From: an uncultured Verrucomicrobiae bacterium
Lineage (GTDB): Bacteria; Verrucomicrobiota; Verrucomicrobiia; Chthoniobacterales; UBA10450
DNA length: 64,000 nucleotides
Assembly (NCBI GenBank): GCA_963726745.1
Contig: CAVSDR010000003.1
Span: forward strand, 736,001-800,000
Direction: 5' to 3'
How positions within the stretch are numbered: position 1 is the stretch's first letter; each line of letters begins with the position of its first letter. The notes below the pieces were generated by a model. It ran no database searches. It was not told the DNA's origin and saw only the letters and a program-made list of their open reading frames with translations. Positions 50,972 through 60,559 of this stretch are shown here, piece by piece. A program made the position numbers and the translations under genes.

Positions 50972-52076
50972 TCAAAAACGCAGCGGCCGCACGAAAAGCA
51001 CCCAGCCCGCGCGCAGCAGGTGCACCACCGCGGAGACCGCTTCCCACCAGGCGATCACGACGAACGCCGTTCCCGGCGCGCCGAAGAGCAGCCCGACGGT
51101 CAGGATCCAGATGTAAATGTTCCGGCGACCGCCGAACAATCGGATCTTCCGGTCGAGCGGCGTGAGTTCATCGATCAAGCGCCCGTAGCGCCGGATCACG
51201 CTCAGCTTCGCGATGCCATCCAGCCCTTCGCTCACGAGAAGCAAGAGGAGATACCACCAGGCCGCCGGCAAAATCTCTGCGCGCCAAAGGTGAAAGGCCA
51301 GCGCCACCGCCCAGGCGAGCTCGTAGAAAGTATCGAACCAATGCTCGAGCTTCCCGGCTTCCGAGGTCTCCACTTTGACCCGCGCCTGCTTGCCATCGAG
51401 CCCGTCGAGCACGCCCACTGCGAGCGCACACAAAGTGCCGGCTAATAACTGGCCGGTCGCGAAGAGCAGCGCCGCGGCCCAGGCGACGACGTTGCAGAGC
51501 GCGGTCAGTTGATTCGGGGTGATCGACGTCCGGCAAAGCCGCGCGACCAGCGCGGTCTCGATCGGTCCGTGCACGATCGCGGGTAAATCCTGCGAGCCTT
51601 TCTGCGCGGCGTCGAGGATCCGCGCCTCGTCCGCGCGGGTCGGCTGCGGGACCCAAAGCAGCGGCAGGTCGCGGCGCATGTGCAGTGAATAGGTCGGCAA
51701 CTCCGCGATCTCGAGCGTGCGCGGATCGTCCCCGCTGATGAACGCGCCGGTTGGCTGCCCATCTTTGACGAGCACGCACGGCTCCGTCTGCGCGAGGAGT
51801 AATCGGAGCAGCCGCGCATCCCAAAGCGCATCGCCGGGCAGGACCAGCATCCGCTCGTTAGGCGGCGGCAAAGCCTCCCGCACGGTGACCGCGAGCTCGC
51901 TCCGGTGCGCCGATGGCCGGAGCGCCGCGGCCGCCATCTCGCTGTCTCTTTTCGTGATCACGGTCGCCGTGCGCACGCCCTCGCGCGGGAGCATCCGCAG
52001 GAGGCGCTCGAGCACCGTGATCCCACAGAGCTGCGGTGAGCGCGCCCGGCTTTTCCGCCAAAATGACTACCTGCAT
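50972..52076 (-). CDS. CDP-alcohol phosphotransferase with degenerate N-terminal NTP-transferase-like region; frameshift near 52034
   Basis: ITPNQLT and LDGLDGKQAR...G motif. MQVVILAEKPGALT + QLCGITVLERLLR is restored by removing one base. Confidence 0.85.
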
Positions 52077-52128
52077 GGGTCGATCAAAATTGCTTCGCGC
52101 GCCTTCCGGTGTTACGCCAGTAACCCCG

Positions 52129-53091
52129 ATGCCGACCGCCGAACTCAGTGCGCCGCCCGTGCGGCCAGCCGCCGCGGAGGAAGTGAATGTGCCCGGGATG
52201 TCGTTTCGGCTGCGATACAGCCCGTTGCTAGCACAGATGGTGATCGTGCGCCGCTGCAATCTCGCCTGCGCCTACTGCACCGAGTTCGATAAAACCAGCG
52301 AGCCGGTCCCCTACGCCACGCTCGAGGCGCAGCTCGTGCGCCTGCGGAATCTCGGCACCTTCGGGATGTCGCTCACCGGCGGTGAACCGACGCTGCATCC
52401 CGATCTGCCGCGGCTCGTCCGGCGTTGCCGCGAGCTCGGATTTTTCCGCACCGGGATGATCACCAACGGCTTCTTCCTGAAGCAGGAGTTGATCGAGAAA
52501 CTGAACGATGCCGGCCTGCAGGAGATGCAAATCTCGATCGATGGCGTGAAGGGCAACGACACGACCCAGAAGGTGCTGGATAACTTGCGCAAGCGGCTCA
52601 TCGCCCTGCGCGACCATGCCAAATTCAACGTCACCGTCAGCGGCGTGATCGGCGCCTGCCCGCCGGAGGAAGCCGAGGAAGTGGTGCAATTTGCCACCGA
52701 GATGGGCTTCACTCCACGCGTCCTCCTGGTGCACGACAGCCATGGGCAATCGAAGCTGAGCGAACGTGAGCTGCAGGTTTACGAGCGCATCGTGAAGCAA
52801 CTCCCGAAGAGCTGGATGGATTTCTCCGGTTACCGGAAGCGCCTGGTGAAGGATGGCGTCGCGCCCTTCAAATGCCGCAGTGGCGCGCGCTATCTCTACG
52901 TGGATGAATTCGGCCGGGTCAACTGGTGCGCGCAAACCCGCGACGTCTGGTCGAAGCCGCTCCTGCAATACACCCAGGCCGATCTGCGGGAGCAATTCCA
53001 CACCCCGAAGTCGTGCAATCCCACCTGCACCATCGGCTGCTCCCGCTCCGCCAGCCAGATCGACAAGTGGCGCGCACAGGCGTTGCCCTAA
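52129..53091 (+). CDS. radical SAM protein with C-terminal auxiliary Cys cluster
   Basis: CNLACAYC, TGGEP, ITNG and QISIDG. C-terminal CRSG..C..CNPTCTIGC. Confidence 0.92.
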   Translation: MPTAELSAPPVRPAAAEEVNVPGMSFRLRYSPLLAQMVIVRRCNLACAYCTEFDKTSEPVPYATLEAQLVRLRNLGTFGMSLTGGEPTLHPDLPRLVRRCRELGFFRTGMITNGFFLKQELIEKLNDAGLQEMQISIDGVKGNDTTQKVLDNLRKRLIALRDHAKFNVTVSGVIGACPPEEAEEVVQFATEMGFTPRVLLVHDSHGQSKLSERELQVYERIVKQLPKSWMDFSGYRKRLVKDGVAPFKCRSGARYLYVDEFGRVNWCAQTRDVWSKPLLQYTQADLREQFHTPKSCNPTCTIGCSRSASQIDKWRAQALP

Positions 53092-53109
53092 CGAGTCCAG
53101 CCGCCGCCC

Positions 53110-53826
53110 ATGCCTGAGGACATCTGGCTGAGCTGCCGCGGGCTCGAGCGTTACCTCGGCGAGGAAGACTCGCGGGTGCACGCGCTCCGCGGCGTCTCGT
53201 TAGACCTCGAACCGGGGAGCGTGCACGCGATCGTCGGCCCCTCTGGCTGCGGCAAGAGCACGCTGCTTTACATCCTCGGCCTGCTTGACCGGCCGGATGC
53301 CGGCACGCTCACGATCGATCACCAGCTCGTCTCCGGCCTGCCAGACGACGCCCTGAGCACGAAGCGCAACGAGCTCCTCGGCTTCATCTTTCAATTCCAT
53401 TTCCTCCTCGAAGATTTCACCGCCGAGGAAAACATCATGATCCCGATGCGCCGCCTCGGCCGCGCGAGCGAGGAGGAAATGCGCGAGCGCGCCGGCGTGC
53501 TCCTCGACGCCGTCGGCTTGAAAGCCAAACGCGCGCGGCCCAGCCGGCATCTTTCCGGCGGCGAACAGCAGCGCGTCGCGATCGCGCGCGCCTTGGCCAA
53601 CGATCCGAAAGTGATTTTAGCCGACGAGCCGACGGGAAATTTAGACAGCGCCAACTCGCAGCGCGCCTTCGAGCTCCTGCAAAAGATCGTGCAGGAAGGC
53701 AACAAGGCGCTCCTGCTCGTGACTCACAATCCGGCGATCGCGGAGCTCTGCGATTGGATCCACGAAATGCAGGACGGCGTGATCATCGGCAGCCATCCGC
53801 GCGGCGGCGCCACCCGGCCGACATGA
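53110..53826 (+). CDS. ABC transporter ATP-binding protein (LolD/MacB type)
   Basis: GPSGCGKST, GFIFQFHFLL, LSGGEQQRVAIARAL and ILADEPTGNLD. Confidence 0.95.
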   Translation: MPEDIWLSCRGLERYLGEEDSRVHALRGVSLDLEPGSVHAIVGPSGCGKSTLLYILGLLDRPDAGTLTIDHQLVSGLPDDALSTKRNELLGFIFQFHFLLEDFTAEENIMIPMRRLGRASEEEMRERAGVLLDAVGLKAKRARPSRHLSGGEQQRVAIARALANDPKVILADEPTGNLDSANSQRAFELLQKIVQEGNKALLLVTHNPAIAELCDWIHEMQDGVIIGSHPRGGATRPT

Positions 53827-55304
53827 GCAGCGAAGCCGCGGAGCTGAAGCGCGGCGCGCTCGTCAACACCGTCGCGCTTCTCGCCTCGAATTTCGCGGCC
53901 TCTTCACCTTCCTGGTGGCGCGGATTCTCGGGCCGGCGGCGCTCGGCACCTTCCTCGTCGCCTGGAACGCGGTCGAGGTCCTGAGCAAGCTCAGCCTCTT
54001 CGGCCTCGAGAACACCACCATCGCTTTCATCGCCCGCGCCGAGGCCGCGGGCGATCGCGCGCGCAGCCGCGCGCTCTCGCTCCTGGTGCTCGCGCTCGCG
54101 CTCGGGCAAAGCCTGCTCGTGGCCGGGGTCGCGCTTCTGGTCCTCCAGCTTTTCGGCCGGCGCTGGGGCTTCGATCCGCGCCTGGTGAGCTCGCTGACTA
54201 TCCTCCTGTGCGCGCTCCCGGGGATGTCGCTCTACGCGATCAACACCGCGGTCTCGCGCGGCCGCAAGGTCATGCGGCACGACATTTTTTCCCGCGGCCT
54301 GACCGAGTCGACCGTGACCACCGGCGTCTTCCTCCTCGCGCTCGCGCTCGGCGCGCACACTTTCGGCGCGGCCTACGCCGCGGTTGCCGGTGCGACGGCT
54401 TCAGGCGTTGGTCGCGCTCCTGCTCGCGCGCTCGTTATTTAGCCGGCAAGATGGCGCGGCCCGGTTTCGGCGCCGCGCGCCGAAGCCCGGCGCCTCCTCT
54501 CCTACTCCGCGCACATCAGCATCTACGAACTGCTCAATGCGCTCATCGTGCGCATGGACGTGATGCTGCTGGCGGCGTTTCGTCGGCCGCGCGCCGGGCG
54601 TGACTTTGCCGGTCGTTGGGATCTACGCCGCGGTCGTCGAGATCGCGGGCGGGCTGCGAAAAGTCCATCAATCATTCAATCCCATCTTCGCGCCGGTGAT
54701 CGCGGGCTTGACCGCGGAAGGCGCGATCGACCGGGCGGCGGCCGCCTTTGCGCGGGTCGCGCAATGGATGCTCTGGGTCCTCGTGCCGCTGCTCGCGGTG
54801 ATGATTTTTGCCGGCGGCCTTATCCTCAGCATCTACGGCCCGGAGTTTCGCATCGGGAGCACGTGGCTGATGGTCGTCGCGCTGGCTTGCGGGACAAACG
54901 CCTTCGTTGGCCTGGCCGAGACCGTGATCATGGTCCAGCAGCCGCGGCTGAATGTGATCAACTCCGCGGTCACCTGCGTGGTCGCCTTCATCGCGAATCT
55001 TTTCCTCATCCGCGCCTTCGGCGTCATGGGCGCGGCCTTCGGCATTCTCCTGCCCTACCTTCTCCTCGGCGGGCTGCGCTACCGCGCGCTCCATCGCATT
55101 TTCCGCTGGCGCCAGCCCTGGGCCGGGCTGGGCGCGCCGTTTTTCTGGGGAGCGGTCGCGTTCCTCCCGGCGCTCGCGAGCCGCGCACTTCTCCGCGGCG
55201 TCCCGGGAGAAATTGCCAGCACGCTCACCTTCCTGGTGGTCTACTTTTTCGCCTGGCGCCGCCATCGCGCCCGCCAGCCGCGCGCAGCCAGCAAACTTCC
55301 CTAA
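53823..55304 (+). CDS. MOP-superfamily (Wzx-like) flippase with about four apparent indels (~53894, 54410, 54470, 54580)
   Basis: ARILGPAALG, RMDVMLL, VGIYAAV, IYGPEF and LIRAFGVMGAA in successive frames. Multi-TM. Confidence 0.8.
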
Positions 55305-56188
55305 CGAGCCGCGAAAACTTTCCAGTCGCCGGCGAAATGACGGATCACCTCGTTGTTGTTGTTTTGCCGGCCATCCGGCACGTCGGCCAGGGTCATCGTC
55401 CGCCGCTGGGCGCGGACGCTCCGCATGTGCCCGGAGCCGGGCACGACGAATTTCTCCACCCCGCGGCGATCGAGACAACCGCTCACCCAGATGTCGTCCA
55501 TGAAAAAGGCGGCCGGGGGCGCCGCGCGGTAATCCCACAGCGAAGCATCGAAGAAGCGCGGCTTCAGCAGATAACTGCCGCAACCGGTGATCACCGCCAT
55601 CGGCCGCGGTTCGCGGATGCAATTGGCCCGTGTCATCCGCGAGTCCCGCCAGTCCAGGTTCCGCGGCATGGTCGCGCCGCGAAAACAGAGCGCCGCCTCC
55701 GGCAGGAGACGCTCGAAGTGGGCATAAGTTTCAAGCGCGTCGCGCGGATACACCCGATCGTCGTCCACCACCATGATGAGCGTGTCGCCGCGTCCCGCCG
55801 CGAGCTCGCGCTGGATCGCCGGGATAAACTTCGTCGCCGGGCCCCAATCGCGCCCGCAGCGCAAAACGTGCAGCTGCGGGATCGCACGCAAAAATTCCGG
55901 CAGCTCGTAGCCGCGCTGCTGCCGCTGGGAGAAGTCCGGCAGCGCGAGCACGATCTCATCCGGCGGCCGCGTTTGCGCGAGCAGACAGCGCAGGGTCGGC
56001 TCGAGCTGCGCGATCCGGTCCGGCAAAGTCGAGAGCGAGACGATGACTCGACGATCGTCCGGCGCGCCTGCGTGGGCGCCGAGCAGGCCGCGGAGGAAGC
56101 TCCGCTGTTGTTGCCCTTTCCAGTGGAACCAAAGCAGCGGGCCGAGCAGACCCGCGAGCGCGCCGGTGAAGATTATTCGGGGCCGCAT
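55301..56188 (-). CDS. putative GT-A fold glycosyltransferase
   Basis: N-terminal TM, VIVSLSTLPDRI..LLAQT, DWGPATK, VVDDD and DDIWVSG. Start uncertain. Confidence 0.72.
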   Translation of the reverse strand: MRPRIIFTGALAGLLGPLLWFHWKGQQQRSFLRGLLGAHAGAPDDRRVIVSLSTLPDRIAQLEPTLRCLLAQTRPPDEIVLALPDFSQRQQRGYELPEFLRAIPQLHVLRCGRDWGPATKFIPAIQRELAAGRGDTLIMVVDDDRVYPRDALETYAHFERLLPEAALCFRGATMPRNLDWRDSRMTRANCIREPRPMAVITGCGSYLLKPRFFDASLWDYRAAPPAAFFMDDIWVSGCLDRRGVEKFVVPGSGHMRSVRAQRRTMTLADVPDGRQNNNNEVIRHFAGDWKVFAAR

Positions 56189-56270
56189 CGCGTACCTCGT
56201 TGCATCCCGCCGTTCGCATGATTTCCTCTGGCCATCGGCGCGCGCCAAGATGCCGCGCAAAATCGTTTTC

Positions 56271-57074
56271 ATGAAGAAAATCTTTCTCACCGGCGCCAGC
56301 TCCGGCATCGGGCGCGCCACTGCGGAGCTGCTCTGCGCGCAAGGCCACGAAGTCTGGGGGACTTCGCGCGAGCCGGCGCGGCTTCCGGCGCTGGCCCGCC
56401 TCCATCCGGTGCGTCTCGATTTAACCGAGCCCGCTTCGATCGCGGACGCGTGGGAGCGCGCGCGCGCGGAAGCCGGCGGCTTCGAGGTGGTGATCAACAA
56501 CGCCGGCGCCGGGCACTTCGATCCCGCGGCCACGCTTTCCGCGGAAACGCTCGCGCGGCAATTCCAGCTCCTGCTCTTCGGGCAGATCGAAATTAGCCAG
56601 CAAGCTCTGCGCGCCTGGCGCACCCAGCCGCGCGGTTTGTTGATCAATGTGACCTCGCTCGCGGCGCGCCTCCCGATGCCTTTCAGCGCAGCCTACAATG
56701 CGGCCAAAGCCGCCATGTCCGCCTACACCACCACGCTCCAGCTCGAGCTGGCCGGCTCCTCCGTGCGCGTGGTCGACCTGCAACCGGGCGACATCTCCAC
56801 GGATTTTAACGACCACCTCACGCGCGCTCCAGCGCTGGACGCGCAAGACGCGGCCGCGATGCAACGGGCCTGGGAAGTGATCCAGCGGACGATGCAAAAA
56901 GCGCCGCCGCCAGAGTTGGTCGCGCGGGAAATTGCGCGCCTTCTGGAACGGGCGCATCCGCCGGCACGCGTGACCGTGGGCGACCCTTTCCAGCGCACCT
57001 TCGCGCCCGCGATCTTTGCGCTCCTGCCTCCCACCTGGCGCATCTGGGCGCTGCGCCGGCACTACAAACTTTGA
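56271..57074 (+). CDS. SDR family oxidoreductase
   Basis: TGASSGIG, INNAG and YNAAK. Confidence 0.93.
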   Translation: MKKIFLTGASSGIGRATAELLCAQGHEVWGTSREPARLPALARLHPVRLDLTEPASIADAWERARAEAGGFEVVINNAGAGHFDPAATLSAETLARQFQLLLFGQIEISQQALRAWRTQPRGLLINVTSLAARLPMPFSAAYNAAKAAMSAYTTTLQLELAGSSVRVVDLQPGDISTDFNDHLTRAPALDAQDAAAMQRAWEVIQRTMQKAPPPELVAREIARLLERAHPPARVTVGDPFQRTFAPAIFALLPPTWRIWALRRHYKL

Positions 57075-57814
57075 GCTCGCCCGCACTCGCACCGACCGAC
57101 GCCGTCATCCTCATGGCCGGCGCCGGGTCGCGCCTGGGCCCGGCCAGCGGAGCCCTGGCCAAGCCGCTCGTCCCCATCGCCGGCCGGCCGTTGATCGCGC
57201 ACACCCTCGATCCTCTCGCCGCCCTCGGCGTGCGCACGCTGCACATCATCACCGGCGCGAATGGCTCGCAGCTCGCCCAGGAAATCGCGCGTCTGCTTCC
57301 GGAAAAGATGGCGCTGAACGCGATCGCGAATCCCGCGTGGGAAAAGCAGAACGGTGTCTCCGTGCTCTGCGCGCAGGGCGCGGTGCGGGCGCCATTTTTC
57401 CTCGCGATGGGCGATCACCTTTTCGACGCGGCCGTTTTCCATCGCCTCCTCCAAGGCGCCGAGCCGGCGCAGCTCAACCTTGCGATCGATCGCAAGGTCG
57501 CCGCCGTCTTCGACCTGGACGACGCCATGAAGGTGGTCACGCGCGACGAGCAGGTGGTCGAAATCGGCAAAACGCTGCCTGTTTATGATGCGATCGACAC
57601 CGGCCTTTTTCTTTGCCCCGATGAGTTGTTCGACTACCTGCGACGCGCGCAACGCGCGGGCGATTGCAGCCTGGCCGATGGCGTGCGCCTGATGGCGGCC
57701 GACCGGAAAGTGCGCGCGGTCGACATCGGTGCCGCCTGGTGGCAGGACGTGGACACGCCCGAGATGTATGCACAGGCCGAGGCGCACTTCCGCGTGCGTC
57801 AGAGCGCGCGCTGA
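57071..57814 (+). CDS. NTP transferase, inositol-1-phosphate cytidylyltransferase (IPCT)/LicC-like
   Basis: ILMAGAGSRL..KPL, NG.SVL, MGDH, DDAMKV..IGK.L..YDAIDTG and WQDVDTPE. Confidence 0.85.
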   Translation: MSSPALAPTDAVILMAGAGSRLGPASGALAKPLVPIAGRPLIAHTLDPLAALGVRTLHIITGANGSQLAQEIARLLPEKMALNAIANPAWEKQNGVSVLCAQGAVRAPFFLAMGDHLFDAAVFHRLLQGAEPAQLNLAIDRKVAAVFDLDDAMKVVTRDEQVVEIGKTLPVYDAIDTGLFLCPDELFDYLRRAQRAGDCSLADGVRLMAADRKVRAVDIGAAWWQDVDTPEMYAQAEAHFRVRQSAR

Positions 57815-58940
57815 AAGATCCGGTAGGTCTTGTAACGCTGCGCGCCGATCGCCTCGAGGAAGCGATTGATCAGCCGGTTGTTCTCCAGGGTCATGCTCAA
57901 CTCGCCGACCCACCCGCGCTTCACCATTCCCTCCTCGATCACCCGCAGCACGAGCGTTTCCGCGATCCCGAAGCGGCGAAACTTCGGCACCACGCCGAGC
58001 GCGACCAGGCGTCCGCGCTTCAGCCGGCTCTTGTGCCAGAGCAATTTAGCCAGCGGGATGGGCAGGCCATAACTCGTTAGGCGGCCGTTGATTTTTTGAA
58101 AGGCGGCGTTGATGTCGGGCACCGCGAGGATGAATCCGGCCGGCTCGCCGTTCACCTCCGCGACCAGCACCAGCTCCGGCATCGCCAGCGGCTTCAGCTC
58201 CTTCACCAGGTGATCGAACTCCGCTTCGGTGAAGGGGACGAAGCCCCAGTTCTTCTGCCAGGCCTGGTTGTAAACCGCGCGCAGCCCGGCGGCCTCGTCT
58301 TTGATCCGCGAAGATCGATCGGGCGAATCGTGACCTCGCTCTTGTCGCCGAAGCGCGTTGCGATCTTGCGCAGGCGCACCGCTGCTTCCGCGGGCTCGGC
58401 AAACCACCAGGCATACCAATCGATCGCCTTCTCGAAACCCGCGCGCTCGATCAGACCGCGGTAATACGGCGGATTGTGCGGCGTGAGCAGCGTCGGCGGA
58501 AACTCAAAGCCATCGATCAGGAGCGCGCAGACATAATTCGTCGAGTAATCGATCGGCCCCATGATCTCGCGGCGGCCGCGCGCGCGCAGCCAATCGCTCG
58601 CCGCCGCGAAGAGCGCGTCGGCTACCGCCTGGTCATCGATCGACTCAAACAAGCCGAAGCAGCCGACATTCGACCCGTGCTCGGCGTTGTAGTTCGGGTC
58701 GTCGCTCGCCATGATCCGGCCGACGATTTGGCCGCCGCGCCGCGCGAGAAAGAGCTCCGCAGCGCCATGCTCGTAGAAGGGATGCTTCGCGCGATCGAGA
58801 AAATCGCGCCGCTCCAGGATCAACGGCGGGACCCACGCCGGATCGCCGCGGTAGATCTGCCAAGGGAACTCGATGAAGACGTCGCGCTCGGCCTTGGACC
58901 GGACCGGAGTGATTTCGATCTGCGCCACGTCAGCGCCCAT
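57799..58940 (-). CDS. GNAT-fold N-acyltransferase resembling bacterial ceramide synthase (bCerS/YghO family); frameshift near 58308
   Basis: FIEFPWQIYRGDPAWVPPL, HPF, VGRI, FGLFESIDD, GP...STN, HNPPYY, AWQKNWGFVP, PDIN and ELSMTLENN. Confidence 0.8.
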
Positions 58941-59020
58941 CTCGCTGGGCGACGGCACCGGCGCAAGGCGGAAATGCCTTTGCAGCCGCGCGCAAAACTG
59001 CGTAGTAGCACGGCCTTCCC

Positions 59021-59891
59021 ATGCCGCCGCAGGCCTCATCGACCAACGCGCCCGGGCTCGCTTTCCAAGCCCGCGAGATCGAGGAACTGGCGGACGTTTA
59101 TTTCTTCCGGCCGCTCGGCATCCTGATCGCGCGCCCCGCGGCGGCGCTCGGCTTGCACGCCGACACAGGTGACGTGGGCGAGCATGGTGATCGGGATCGC
59201 CGGCGGCACGTTGCTCTACCGGCCGCAGACTTACGGCCTGGCGGCTTTCGTTCTCTTGATCGTCTACAGCATCTTCGACTCGGCCGACGGCCAGCTCGCG
59301 CGCCTAACGAATCAAGCGAGCGAGTTTGGCCGCGTGCTCGACGGCGCGATCGGCTACGTGGTTTACACCGCGGTCTACCTCGCGCTCACCCTGGGGCTGC
59401 TGGAGCGCGGCGCGCCGCCGGCTATCGTGGTGGTGATGTTGCTGGCTGTTTTGTCGAACATCGCCCAGGCGCAGATGTACGAATACCACCGGCACCAATA
59501 CGTCATGGTCGTGGTCAAAGGCCGCGTCCTCCTGGACGACCCGGCGAAGGTCCACTCGCCGCTGGTCGCCTGGATTTACCAGCGCTATCTCGCGATGCAG
59601 CGCGCGCTCAATGGCCTCCATGTCGAGGTCGAGCGGACGCTCGCGGCGCGTGCGGAAAATGGCGTCGTCCCGGAGCGCGACCGCCTGCGCTATCGCCAGC
59701 ATTTCTACTGGCCGGTGCGCGGCTGGAATTTGCTCGGCGATAACACCCGCTTCTATGCCATCGGGGTGCTCGCGTGGTGCGGTCGGCTCGATCTCTTTTT
59801 CCTCGTCCTCCTTTTACCGCTTAACCTCGCGCTGGCCGTCCTCTGGTTTTGGCAACGCCGGGCCGACCGCGCTTTTCTCCGCGAGCCATGA
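59021..59891 (+). CDS. CDP-alcohol phosphatidyltransferase; frameshift near 59156
   Basis: EE.AD.YFFRPLG, TPTQVT and DSADGQLARLT..SEFGRVLDG. Confidence 0.88.
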
Positions 59892-60559
59892 TCCGGACGA
59901 TCTTCTTCGATCTTGGCGGCACGCTTGACGGCAGCGGCGGCCACTGGCTGGAGCGTTTTCTCCGGCTCTACCGCGCGGCTGGCTTGGAACTCCCACGCGA
60001 AACTATCCGCGGCGCCTTCGACTTTGCGGAACGCCGCGCGGCTACAGACGACGAGATCGCGTCGGCTAATTTTGCGCAGATGGTCGCGCTCCATGTGCGC
60101 TGGCAACTGGAACATCTCGGGTTGCCTAACGAATCGCTCGCGCAAACCCTGGTCGCAGGCTTTGTCGAGCCGGTGCGCCCGGCCGTCGCGGAAAACGTGC
60201 GCCTCCTGCGCGAGCTGCACACGCGCGGCTTCACCCTCGGCGTGATCTCGAATGGCTGCGGCAACGTCGCCGCGCTTTGCGAAGATTTTGGCTACGCGCC
60301 CTTTCTCGCGCTCACGCTCGACTCGCGCCGGCTCGGCCTTTCCAAACCCGATCCCGCGATCTACCGCCACGCCGTCGCGCAGCTCGGTGGAGAAACAGGC
60401 AGCATGCTCATGGTCGGCGATTCTCTCGAGCGCGACATCTTGCCGGCTAAATCCATCGGCCTGCAAACCGCGTGGCTCGACGACTCTGCCATGCCGAGCG
60501 ATCCCGCGGTCGACTTCCGCCTGCGCACACTCGCGGAATTGCCGGCGCTTTTACGATGA
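59888..60559 (+). CDS. HAD-family hydrolase
   Basis: FFDLGGTLD, ISN, KPDP and VGDSLERDI. Confidence 0.92.
   Translation: MIRTIFFDLGGTLDGSGGHWLERFLRLYRAAGLELPRETIRGAFDFAERRAATDDEIASANFAQMVALHVRWQLEHLGLPNESLAQTLVAGFVEPVRPAVAENVRLLRELHTRGFTLGVISNGCGNVAALCEDFGYAPFLALTLDSRRLGLSKPDPAIYRHAVAQLGGETGSMLMVGDSLERDILPAKSIGLQTAWLDDSAMPSDPAVDFRLRTLAELPALLR

Noticed and set aside
49728..53826. Housekeeping lolCDE assignment
   Set aside because: The permease is linked to an MFP and TolC genes, which fits a tripartite exporter better.
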